Shown here piece after piece: positions 51,770 to 64,000 of a stretch of DNA of 64,000 nucleotides. The notes under the pieces were generated by a model. That model had not been told where the DNA came from. It was given only the letters and a program-made list of their open reading frames with translations, and ran no database searches. Position numbers and translations under genes: made by a program. The stretch is taken from positions 225,556,001-225,620,000 of the forward strand of contig OZ024743.1 in the NCBI GenBank assembly GCA_964016885.1, read 5' to 3'. Every line of letters begins with the position of its first letter. Positions within the stretch are counted from its first letter, which is position 1. Source of the DNA: Eledone cirrhosa. Its lineage: Eukaryota.

Positions 51770-52800
51770 AAACAACTGGCATGAAAAACTATACTGATGT
51801 TTTGGCCTGTTATGTAGACAGCAGAAAACTTCAGCCTTTATTGATGTTTACATGAAAAACTATGTTCAAGGAGATTATCCAGTCCAGTGTGCTTGTTTAT
51901 CTCCATCACAAGAAGTGGATAAACAAAGGTTGTCTAAATCTGTGGTTGGAAAAAGTATGGTAATGGCACCTTAACGATCTGTTAAAGAAATCAGCATTAA
52001 CTAAGGTTTCTGATTTAGGCACCTAGCCAACAATTAGAAGGAATTGGAAAATCAATTATATTGACCCCAGTACATCATTGATGCTTTATTTATCGACTCC
52101 AGAAAGATGAAAGGTGAAATTGATCTCAGCATAATTTGAACTCAGATCATAAAGAGCCATAACAAATACCACAAAGCATATATTTTGTCTGATGTTCAAA
52201 TGATTCTGCCAACCCCATATCCTTAACCATCATTAATAGTGAAACCAATTCCAAGCCCAAAAGACAGAAACAACAAAGAAAACTTTAACCCTTTAACATT
52301 TAAACCAGCCATATCCGGCCAGAATTCTCTCACCTCTTTCTCTTCAAACTGGCCATAACCGTCCACTCATACCAACGTTAAAGTATTGTTCTCAAAATAA
52401 ATAATATCAAAATCTCATAGATTCGGCATTATGTGAGATAATTATGTGAAGTAAAGCTTTACCCCCAAAATACAATAGTAAATATAACGTAAACACTAAA
52501 GGGTTAAACAAGAAGTTGTCTCTGGCAGGTTATTGTCATAGTTACAATCATTGGTTGTTACAATAAACAAACCATTTAAATGTTCTATGCATGAAGTGAA
52601 TGACTGCTGGGAATTAAGTAACCCCAACAGGACAACTGATATGACTTTATTGCACAGGTATATATATTAATAAGTAAGATCATAGGAATTTCTGAGACTA
52701 AAATAACAGCCAAAATGTAGAACCACTGTTGCGATGGATGTCACGGAAGAAGAATTTCTATGTGATAACTCAGAAACAGCTAGCAGTAGGGTCTGTTATG
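51770..52800 (+). mobile_element. pogo-family DDE transposase relic, interrupted by a SINE and a MITE
   Basis: Decayed KLQPLLMF...WINKGCLNLWLEKVW and LQSLVVTINKPFK segments. Confidence 0.5.
52289..52503 (+). mobile_element. piggyBac-type MITE (family A)
   Basis: TTAA at 52285-88 and 52504-07. Confidence 0.8.
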
Positions 52801-52820
52801 TTGATGAAAGCAATAATGTA

Positions 52821-53031
52821 TTTACATTACTCTATATATACTATTATATTTTCATGGTAAAGGCTTTATCTTACATATTTATCTCACATAATATCAAAAC
52901 TATGAGCTTTTGATATTATTTATTTTGAGAACAATACCTTAACGTAGGTATGAACGGCCGGTTACAGCCGGTTTGAACAGAAAGAGGTGAGAGAATTCTG
53001 ACCGGATATGACCGGTTTAAATGCTAAAGGG
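52821..53031 (-). mobile_element. piggyBac-type MITE (family A), one end clipped
   Basis: Inverted copy ending TAAATGCTAAAGGG-TTAA. Confidence 0.75.
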
Positions 53032-53733
53032 TTAATAGTCTCTCTTTTTTCTTGGCCCACTTATTCCTGCGAGGGTCATGGAGGCAGAGTCCTCAAACAC
53101 TCCTTCCAGTGGGTCCTGTCAGAAGCAACCATCTCCAACTGATCTGGCTGGATCCTCAAGCATAACCAGCCAAGCTCATGGATGTTATCCAACCACCATG
53201 CTTGGGGTCTACGGCTGGGTCTCCTGCTGATTGATTTTGCCAATAAAATCTGTCCAGCGATTCGTTTCCAAGATATTCTGACCACATATTCATAGTATTG
53301 AAGCTGTGATTTCTCAAAAAAGGCATATGACCGCATTCCTTGGGTCTGCTGTGAAAGGCTGTGCAGGAGTATGGGTTAATAGTCATTATATTCAATAGAC
53401 GTCAAAGACAATAAACTAAACAGTGTCTTTAGTTAGATGTGAAACTCACAACAAACATATTTCCCATTAACCCCTTTGATTCCAAACGAACTGAAATCAT
53501 CCCTGGTTCTGTGATAGAAAACTTTGTTTTAAAGTATTTTTATCTAAAAACCATCATAATTTTATGCAAAATCTTTCTTAAATTATGCTTCAAATGCAAG
53601 CCTAATAATGAAGAAATAAATTATTTTACTAAATTTCTCCAGATACATGTTTATTTTCAAAATTATTAAAATAAATCACTACTAATGTTATTCAACAATA
53701 TATCACAACAAAATAGATAAATGTTATGCTTAG

Positions 53734-53952
53734 CCCTTTAGCATTTAAACCAGCTGTATCCAGCCAGAATTCTCTCACCTCTTTCAATTCAAACCAGCTA
53801 TAATCAGCTGCTCATACTGACGTTAAGGTATTCTTCTCAATATAAATATCAAAGATATCATAGATTCAATATTATGTGAGATAATTATGTGAGGTAAAGC
53901 CTTTACTGTGAAAATACGATAGTAAATATAGAGTAATGTAGTTGCTAAAGGG
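53734..53952 (+). mobile_element. piggyBac-type MITE (family A)
   Basis: CCCTTTAGCATTTA...GCTAAAGGG-TTAA. Confidence 0.8.
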
Positions 53953-54016
53953 TTAAAGTGAAAAAGGGGAGGTAATACACTCTTTTTATTGATTCTTTCT
54001 CTCACATACACTGAAT

Positions 54017-54207
54017 ATAATTGTTTCTACTATTGGCACAAGGCCAGCAATTAACCAGTACATTACTGGTACTTTATTTTATCGACCCCGTAAGGATGAA
54101 AGACAAAGTTAATCTCGGCGGGATTTGAACTCAGAATGGCAAGGGCCGTAACTCTATGTGTCAAAGCATGGCGTCCGACCCTCTACCGATCGATACTGCC
54201 AATCCAG
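54017..54207 (-). mobile_element. SINE family 1
   Basis: Reverse complement of 22460-22645. Confidence 0.8.
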
Positions 54208-54819
54208 TAATAGCAGCGGAATCATTACCATCAGTAATAATTGTTTCTACTTTTGGCACAAGGCCAGCAATTATCCCAGTGAATATAATGGGATCAAGAA
54301 TGCACTAATGAGCGGTATGCAAAGATAGTCAGAACTTGGCGATACCTGTCAAACACCTGCCCTGATAGAATTGAGACAAATGAAGAAACCCTTTTTTTTC
54401 TGAATTGACACTTTATCTATTACACATTCTCTTTCTGAATTGAATGGTGGGCACTGCAGTGGAGCTGAGGGATCAATAATGGAGTATGCAGGTAATTGAA
54501 ACTTGCTATTACCTCTAAAAACACCTGATCAGGTAGTTAGAATGGAGACAAATCATGTGGACAGTTTGTAGTGTAGCTGTGTAGCAGATATTGTTAATCC
54601 ACAACTATTTTATTGGTAATTAGATATTTTTACAAAAACAAAACAACAACATATGTTCATAAATCGACAAAAACATTTTTTCCAAAATATACTTTGCTAA
54701 TTATAGGGTGCATCTTATCACTTGTAGGGCCTTATGAGCTGGGAAATACGATATATCGCTTTTGTGTGTGCATCTGTGTGTAGGTGGTAAATACTCAGGT
54801 TATGTATTTTCAGATCATT

Positions 54820-54975
54820 ACTGCCACCACCACCACAACCATCACCACCATCACCATCACCACCATCATCATCATCATCATCATCATCATCACCATCATC
54901 AATATGTTCTTTCTGTCTCATCCTGTCCTGTTCTGCAATATTATTATATCATCATCATCACCATCATCATCATTA
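54820..54975. repeat. (CAC/CAT)n trinucleotide microsatellite
   Basis: Direct inspection. Confidence 0.9.
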
Positions 54976-55774
54976 TTATTTTTGTTTATGTCTTGTTATT
55001 AATGTCTTTCATTATAAAAATGTATACAAAACCATTACAAATAACTGCCACCAACTCCCGCCAAATGTACTCATAAAAAATATAAAACTGAAAAATAAAG
55101 AAAAGAAAAAAAAACTCAAATAAATAAATAAATAAAATAAAGAAATCAGAGAAAATCATATTGATCGCTTGGACTTAATTTCGAGTGAACGCTGACGTCT
55201 TCATCACTACGGAAACAGGCGTGTTCCTGATTACCATTATTCTATTCAGGTACAGCAGTCAGTTGTGCGTGTGAATGTGTGAGTGTGAATGTGTCAGTGT
55301 GTGCATGTGAATGTGAGTGTGTGTATGTGAATGTGTCTGTGTGTTTGTGTGTATGAATGTGTGTGAGAGTGTGAATGTGTGTGGGTTTGTCAGACAGAGC
55401 AAGTGAGGGCACTCACCAACACATACATACATACACTCACTTGATTTTATTCTCAGATTTGGTACAGTACTATTTTCATCACATCAATATACCAAACAAC
55501 TCTACCCAATCAGTTAGTCAATAAACCACTGAAGTCAGTCACTTGACTTGCTGGAAATTGTAGCTAAGTTTTCTTCAAATCACACCACCATTGAATATAT
55601 GTGAAGACATGTGACTGAGGGGTTGGGGTGTTGGACTCATAATCATAAGGTCATGGGTTTGATTTCAGTACTGGGAGGAGCATTGTGTTCATGATCAAGA
55701 CATTTCATTTCACATTGCCATTTTATGACAGTACTAGGTCCCCTATCATTAAAACACCCTAAAATCCTCCTATT

Positions 55775-55993
55775 ACCCATTAACATTTAAACAAGCCATA
55801 TCCGGCCAGAATTCTCTCACCTCTTTCTGTTTAAACCGGCCATAACTGGCTGCTCATACTTATGTTAAGGTATTGTTCTCAAAATAAATAATATCAAAAT
55901 CTCATAGATTCGATATTATATAAGATAATTATGTGATATAAAGCCTTTACTGTGAAAATACAATAGTAAATATAGAGTAATGTGAACTAAAGG
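55775..55993 (+). mobile_element. piggyBac-type MITE (family A)
   Basis: Family A internal sequence. Confidence 0.7.
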
Positions 55994-56261
55994 GTTCATC
56001 AAGCTTAATCATAAAGTAAAGATGAGCCGTTGGGATTTGATCTTCACTAGTAGCCATTTAACTTCACATATGACATCTTTGGGAAACATGTAACTATTAC
56101 AACTTTGTTGTATTTCTTGTCTGACATGATGGCTTTATGGCTGGTCAGTAATAATTCTTTTTATCCTTCCGGCTGCCCACTCATTATCATTTATCTTATT
56201 CTTCAGCTCATGTTATTCAGCTATACAAAATGTCTTTTGTTAACTTTCCACCTGATGAACA

Positions 56262-56815
56262 GATACATACATAAATAAATAACACATATACATACATAAA
56301 TAAAAAACATACATACATACATAAATAAAAGCACACATACATACAAAAATACATAAAAGCACACACATACATACATACATACACACACATCGATCCAAAT
56401 ATTCGCACACACATACATGCATACATTCATACATGCATACAAACATACATACACTCATACATGCATAAAAGCCCTCATACATACACACATAATATCCATC
56501 CATACATTTATACATACATACACACATACATATCCATCCATACATACACACGTACATATCCATCCATACACACACACACATACATACATCCATACATTTA
56601 TACATACATACATCCACACATACACATCCATCCATACATTTATACATACATATCCATCTATACATACATACATACACACACACACATACATATCCATCCA
56701 TAGACACATATACATATCCATCCATCCATACATGTATACATACATACACATCCATATATACATACATACACACACACACACATACATATCCATCCATACA
56801 TTTATACATACATAT
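56262..56815. repeat. compound (CATA/CA/CATC)n microsatellite
   Basis: Direct inspection; source of the spurious MCV/HT-rich ORFs. Confidence 0.9.
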
Positions 56816-57081
56816 CATCATCATCATCATCTTCGTTTAACGTCCATCTTCCATGTTAGCATGGGTTTAGACGGGAATTGTCCTACTTGAGGCAAGATTG
56901 GTCGGGTGACAGTGTCTCGCTCATATAGGACTATCTGGCAGGTTTTCTACGGCTGGATGCCCTTCCTAACACCAACCACAACTACAGTGTGGAACTGGGA
57001 ACTTTTTACCGTGTTACCTACACGGCCACATTACAGTGTGGACTGTGTGTTTTTTTGTCGTGACACCTACACAATCTCGAT

Positions 57082-57114
<33 letters not shown>

Positions 57115-57764
57115 ATGCATATCCATCCATCCATACATACATACACACAGCCATCTATACCTATTTGCATACATACTCTCATTATAGCCAGGAAGAAAAT
57201 AAGCAAGAAGACATTAAAGAGAGGAATGAAAAGATAAAGAAATAAAGAAGATAAGAAGAAAAGAGTGAAAGTGTGCTGAAAGCTATTCAAGGCTGTAGTG
57301 TTTTTATAATACTGTATAATACCTTGTTCTTGGAGGAGTAATCGAAGTGCCTGAGGTTCTGTTATCAGAAAACCTTTTGTTCCTACAGTTTTCTGTTTTT
57401 CATTATTTCAGTTTGTTTTTCTGTCTATTGATAGGATTTGAATAGAAACAAACCCCAGATCAAAGTAAAAGAAAGCTTTATAAAATGACTTGTGATCCAT
57501 GATTAGAGCATAACTTGACCAAGTTAAGTGCAGTATTGAAGTATTGATAAGTTGCCAGTATTTCTATTATGTAAATCTCAATAATAGAGACAGACAATAT
57601 AAACCTAGGCTCTGTGAACATCATTGTAAAAGAAATAATGGATATATAAAAGGTAAGATTAAAGTAAGGATAGACAAATTAAGGTTTGATTTCTTCTTAT
57701 CGGAATTAGCACTGTGGATAATTGCATTGTGTCTAAGGTCCATCATTGGGTTATTATTATTATT

Positions 57765-58800
57765 AGCTTTGCCTTTATTCTTATAGGGTCAATAAAATAA
57801 AGTACCAGTCATGCACTAGGGTCGACTTAATCAACTTTCCCCTCCCCCTAAATTATTGGACTTGTGCCTATACTAGAAATCATTATTATTAGCTTTGCCT
57901 TTCATCCTTATGGTGTAGATAAAATAAAGCACCAGTAATGCACTAGGGTCGATTTAATTGACTTCCCCACCCCTTCAAATTTCTGATCTTGTAACTAAAG
58001 TAGAAACAATTATTATTATTGCTGTTTTTCCTTGTCCTTCAGTATTCTTTTCCATTGTAGCATAGAGTTGTGGCCCTTTACGTTCTGAGTTCAAATCTGC
58101 CGTGGTTAACTTTGCCTTTCATCCTTACGAGGTCTATAGAATAAAGCATCAGTAATGTACTGGAGTAATTGCTGGCCTTGTACCAAAAGTAGAAACATTA
58201 TATGCGGAGTGTTGTTCTGATACCTAGGGTAAATAAACTCACTGTATATGTTGGTAAGCTAGTTAACACACCAAATTGATTATAATTTTCAGAGAGATAG
58301 TGCTTTTCTCAATACATGTGCAATACCAGTTAAAACAATTTTTTGAACCTTTTGCAGAGAGGGTAAATCAGGGATCATTCTCAAATACTGTTCTGTTCCT
58401 AGTGCTACTGGTATTGTAACGGTCTTGAGGTGCCACATCTTTTTAATTTCAAAAGATCTTTATATTTACTTAGCTTGCCAAATTCTTTTGCCGTGATATT
58501 GTGATCACATGGGATGCTCATATCAATCAATAACCAAACCTTGCTATGTTGGTCTTTTACATAGAGCATCAGACTCTATGCTTTGCAGCATAGAGTTAGG
58601 CCCTTTACGTTCTGAGTTCAAATCCTGCTGAGGTTAGCTTTCCCTTTCATCCTTACAGGGTCGATAAAATAAAATACCAGTAATACACTGGGATAATTGC
58701 TGACCTTGTGCCATAAAATAAAGTACCAGTAGAACACTGCGGTCGATTTAGTCGACTTTCTCCTTCCCTTCAAATTGCTGGTCATGTGCCTAAATCTTGA
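57765..58800 (+). mobile_element. cluster of 5'-truncated family 1 SINE copies
   Basis: Repeated TTTGCCTTTCATCCTTA..GTCGATAAAATAAAG cores at ~57770, 57890, 58110 and 58640. Confidence 0.7.
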
Positions 58801-61414
58801 GTCCCTCAAGATTTAAATCCAACCCTGATGCTTGGATGTCACTATTTGTATCTGAGTTCTGGTCTTTGTGGCACTGACTCTTTAGTATGTCCTGGCAAAG
58901 TGACATATCATACAAAGCCTGCTCAGACTGACACAAATATCAAAGATATAATGAACAAGGATAGGAAAAAAACCCACTGCACTCTGATAGATAACTTGGT
59001 CACTATAACCACAATATTTCCTGAAAGGTGGTTGATTAACAAAGATCTTGAAACAGAAATAATGAAGATGAGGTGGGTTTGATTGTAAAAGCTATGCCAA
59101 TAATTATTGCAGTTTTAAGTATGTTAAATAGAACAAAAATGAAAGCATAAAAATCAGACCAGGGTTCAAAGATCTGTAAGATTCAAGTATTAACGTTATT
59201 CCAATTACCCACTAACATCACAGAGTGAGATTTTTTCTGGAATGTCTCTAGAAACTTGAAGAAATCTAGTTGTTCATTTTAAAACACTACCAACTTAATT
59301 GCTGCTCACATCAAAGATAGCTGACTTACTATTTAGTTCTAGTATAATTTTGTTTAACTCTAGATATGAGGGATACTTCTTTGCCCACTTATTCCAGCTG
59401 GAGGCCCAAGTGAGACCAGCTAAGCTCATGGATGTTATCCAACCATCCTGCTCGGGGTCTACCCCTGAGTCTCCTGCTATTTGGTTTTGCCTGTAAAATC
59501 TGTGCAGCGATTCTTTCCTGAGATATTCTAACCACATGTCCGTAGTATTGGAGATGTGATCTCTCAATTTGAAGAAGTAGTGGCTCTACCTGGAGTGACT
59601 CTCTGATCTCCAAGCTACACATTCTAATCAGTAACGTTACTCCAAAGACCATTTAGAGGAACCCCATTTTGGCCGCTTGTATTCATGGGGGATACAGATC
59701 TTGAAAATAAGATGGGATGGTTACTACTGGAAAGCCTCAGTCAGGGTTGATCCAATATTTTATGAGTGGAATTTATTACCTGGAAATTGTGTGGAAGCCC
59801 ATCATAAATATAATTTTTACTGGACTTCAAGAATAAAATAAAATCATGTACTTAAGTCTGAAAGAAAACATTCATTGTCCTTTTAGCAGAAAGGTTTGGT
59901 ATGTTAGTAGTTGCTATTTTAGTGGTTATGTAGTTGGTCATTGTGGTTGTTGAAGTTGTCATTAAGTTGTAGCGTGGGGCCCAAGTTGTTGACCTCCTCG
60001 CAGTCAGTCATGAAAACTGATTTCTTCTTCTTCACCCACTTACTCCTTAGAGGATCATGGGGGCAGAGTTCGCAAACACCCCTTCTGGCGGGTCCTATCA
60101 GAAGCAAACATCTCCCACAGATCCAGTTGGATCCCCAAGCGAGACCAGCCAAGCTCATGGATGTTATCAAACCATATTGCCAGCGGAGGTTGTTCCATTG
60201 TTCAGATAACTGGAACATAAGCCGTCGGAATTAATCGGCGCGAAATATTACTGCCCTGATGAGTTTGCTCCCCTGAATTTAAGTACGCATTTAAAAAAAA
60301 AAATGTATTTATTTTATATCTTTGTTCAGAAAATTTTGCCTTATAAATGTTTATGTTGATAAAACAAGTACCAATAATATATTGAACGAAATATAAAATT
60401 TACAATAATTTACGCATAGTGACTTGAGAAATGAATGCATAATGGATTATTCTCTTGAACAATAATAGCTCGTATTTTTAATATGGTTAGTTTTGAACAT
60501 ACATTAATCGTAAAAGTATCAATGTAGCATTGGTTATGAACAAATCAAAACACAGCCTCATGTACTTAGTCCTGCTGTAAAATAAGGCTCACATATGCTT
60601 TTTCTGTATCTTTAGTTTAGAATCGAGTTTCCTTTCATTTATGTGGAATTAGAAATTTGTGAAATATTACTTCCCCTGAAAAATGTTTGTTGTGAAAAAT
60701 TACTTCCCCTGACATTCAGTTTACTCTCAGGAATTTAAATATTTATTTTTGACGAGTTGATATATATACATAGTCACACACACACACATATATACATATA
60801 TGCACAATACACACACACACACACACATATACATATATGCACAATACACACACACACATATGTATATAAAATCACATTTGAGCTTTAAACTATTCTTTGC
60901 TTTATATGGTTATCAACTTGTCTATACTATTTTATATCATCATCATCGTTTTTACGTCCATTCTTCACAGCACGGCATCTCTCCACGTCTCGTTCCTTCG
61001 TCATCTCTTCTGCCAGTCATAGAGATTTGAGGTCAGCTCTTACAACCTCTGCCCAGGTCTTTCTTGGTCGTCTTCTACTGTGGTTTCCTATGTCTCTGTG
61101 TGTATGTGCCCATTCTGACTGTGGTGTGTTGCGAGGGAGCATGTGAGCTTGCTTCAGAGTATAAATGCATGCAGAAATTCTGCATACATAAGTCGGTTTG
61201 CAGTCCCTGTACATATGTTCACATCTCCATTTGTCAGGATCTGTTTTTATCATCACACTCACCAATTTGAAACAATTATCACCATTATTAATTCTTTTAA
61301 TTATTTTATTATCAGCTGCTGTTAATATTCACATAAAAAGCTCTAACTCAACCATCATTATTGCTTTCATCATTTATTACTACAACTACTATTATTATTA
61401 TCATTATTATTATT

Positions 61415-62040
61415 AGGTAGATTGGCAGTATCAGTAGCATGTTGTACGCCATCCTTTGGAGCATAGAGTTACGCCTTTTAACGGTCTGAGTTCAAATCCT
61501 GCCGAGGTTAGCTTTGTCTTTCATCCTTAAGGGGTTGATAAATAAAGCACCAGTAATGCACTGGTGCTGATTTAATCAATTTCCCCTTCCTCCCAAATCG
61601 CTGGCCTTGTGCCAAAAGTAGAAACAATTATTATTATTATCATCATTAAGTATGGCGGTGGATTGGCAGTATCGGTAGAGGGTCGGAAACCATGCTTTGA
61701 CGCATAGAGTTACGGCCCTTGCCATTCTGAGTTCAAATCCCGCCGAGGTTAACTTTGCCTTTTATCCTTACGGGGTCGATAAAATAAAGTACCAGTAATG
61801 TACTGGGTAATTGCTGGCCTTGTGCCAAAAGTAGAAACAATTATTATCATTAAGTGGATTGGCAGTATCGGTAGGTCATACACCATGCTTTGCAGCATAG
61901 AGTTACGCTTCTTTAGTCTGAGTTTTATTAGGTTAACTTTGCCTTTTATCCTTACGGGGTCAATAAAATAAAGCACCAGTAATGCACTGAGATAATTGCT
62001 GGCCTTGTGCCAAAAGTAGAAACAATTATTATTATTAATA
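61415..62040 (+). mobile_element. three head-to-tail family 1 SINEs
   Basis: Units at ~61415, 61653 and 61853, each ending GCCAAAAGTAGAAACAATTATT. Confidence 0.8.
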
Positions 62041-63277
62041 GGGCTAAACACAATGGATCATGCCATGCTGTTTTCGTCACTTGTTTTAAAATTTGGTTAT
62101 ATTTTTGTCAACAATTATCACACAATTTTGATACAATCGATTATATAAGGTTGTGTTCTATCCGCCGGAGAAATACTTTTTCTGTAATCATCGTGGAGTT
62201 CAAATCCCACCTCCTTCTGCCAGGCGTTATGACTGGCAGATAGTATCAGCAATGGAAAAAAACCAACAGGAAATATTATTTCCTTGGTCCAATCTGATTG
62301 TCTCATTTTCCTTAATCTAACCCCACATCCTGATTATTTCTATTTCAAGATCCTTGTTTATCAACTACCTTTATTGTGGTCAGAAGGGACCAAGGTATCT
62401 ATTAGAGTGCAGTGATATTTATTCCTGTTCTTGATCATTATATCTTTGATATCTTTGTCAGTTTGAGCAGGTTTGTTCCAGATTATTGCAAGTAGATCAT
62501 TATCATGCATTGTCACAGGTACATGTTTAGACTACTTATTGGATTTCATGTCAATGTATGAGCATGTATCCCAAATTGACATAGGTATAAACTTAGTTGT
62601 GCTGAGGTTATCTTTGCTTTTTATCCTTACGGTGTCGATAAAATAAAGCACCAGTTACTCTCCTAAAATTGGTGACCTTCTGCCTATAGTAGAAATCATT
62701 ATTTTGTTGATATCTAGAGCAGTGGATTGGAAGTATCAGTAGAGCGTCAGACACAATGCTTTGCAACATAGTTATGGCCTTTTACGTTCTAAGTTCAAAT
62801 CCCGCCAAGATTAGCTTTGTCTTTCATCCTTATAGGGTCAATAAAATAAAGCACCAGTAATGCTCTGGAGGCAATTTAACTGACTCTCCCCTCCCCTTCA
62901 AATTGCTGATATTTTGTTGATATCTTTGTCTGTCTGAGCAGGTTTGTTTCATATTATTGTAGGCAGACAGATCATTGGCATGTACCGTAGTTTTCTTGAT
63001 CTAGTTTGATGATCAGCTCCTTTCTTTTAGTTATGTAATGTTAGGAGACATGTTTACTTGAGTGTCTATGATGCCAGAAATCAAAGTAAATTACTTGATG
63101 GATTTTGTGACTACAGAAACACCCTGCTGAAATTTGAATACTAAAAACATTAAAAGAAATATTCACTGCTTTATGTAAAAATCAACAAGTATTTTATTAG
63201 TTTGCAGAAATGAGTTGAATTCTTCCCATAGGTATGGCATTGAGCAACTGCTTAAAAACAAAGAGATTTAACCCTTC

Positions 63278-63465
63278 CATTGGATTGGCAGTATCGGTAG
63301 AGGGTCTGACGTCATGCTTTGCACCAAAGCGTTACGGCCCTTTATGGTCTGAATTCAAATCCCGCCGAGGTTAACTTCGCCTTTCATCCTTACGGGGTCG
63401 ATAAAATAAAGTACCAGTAATACTGAGATAATTGCTGGCCTTGTGCCAAAAGTAGAAACAATTAT
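63278..63465 (+). mobile_element. SINE family 1 inserted near the start of a piggyBac-like MITE (63269-63855)
   Basis: TTAACCCTTCCATT precedes the SINE; MITE body resumes after it and ends AAAGGTTAA at ~63857. Confidence 0.7.
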
Positions 63466-64000
63466 ATTTCAAATGAAAGATACTGCCTATTATTTTCAAA
63501 TCACTTTGAAAATACAAACAAATTTGTTGGGATTTAGTAATATAACTAATTCTCTCATGATGAAGTTGTTGTTTGGAGCATAATTTAATAAAGGTTCTTG
63601 ATAAAAAGTTTTTATATAAATATAAACAATTAAAATAAATATTGTAAAACCAAGGGTGGTTTTATGAAGGTTAAATATGGGAGTCGTCAAAAGTGATTTG
63701 TTGAAAATATGCCGAGTGATAAGGGTCATCAATAAGTGATTTTTGATTATTATGCCATACTTAAAAAGTATAAAAATTCAATTTTAATTGATTTTATATA
63801 TATTTTTTGACTGCTAGTGAGCCAAGCACAAACATTAATTAGCATATTAAAGGTTAAAGACTGGACATTAATGCTGCTTTAATATGTGTGTGTGTGTGTG
63901 AAAGAGAGAGAGCGAGGTTGTAATTAAAGTGATGTGCCCTTTTTACTATATTGTCTCTGCTTGATAGCCAAGCACTTTACAGAGTCAGACCTGACAATCT

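Noticed and set aside
54718-55076. Poly-His/Asp ORFs
   Set aside because: (CAT/CAC)n microsatellite.
56217-56890. Long MCV/HT-rich ORFs
   Set aside because: Compound microsatellite translations.
60250-60285. CTGATGAG motif
   Set aside because: No properly placed GAAA, stem III or stem I; also rejected at ~8757 and ~56251.

Overview
AT-rich, repeat-dense eukaryotic (metazoan) DNA. The SINE, LINE and microsatellite repertoire is most like an octopod cephalopod (inference). No confidently identifiable host protein-coding gene is present; a few canonical-splice candidate exons lie on the minus strand. Most of the window is transposon debris: RTE, CR1, R4/Dong, CRE-like, L1/Tx1 and Penelope retroelements, a Chapaev3 DNA transposon with intact TIRs and TSD, pogo/Tigger relics, piggyBac and hAT MITEs, and tRNA-derived SINEs. 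The standout is a young, near-identical 441-bp tandem array at 5862-7028. Each unit carries an intact minimal type I hammerhead ribozyme on the minus strand, which is the architecture of a non-LTR retrozyme predicted to yield 441-nt self-cleaved, possibly circular, RNAs. At least two or three further unrelated Penelope-type hammerhead families occur in palindromic mini-elements (~12.2-12.7 kb, 15.7 kb, 38.5-39.5 kb), alongside decayed Penelope RT/GIY-YIG coding relics.
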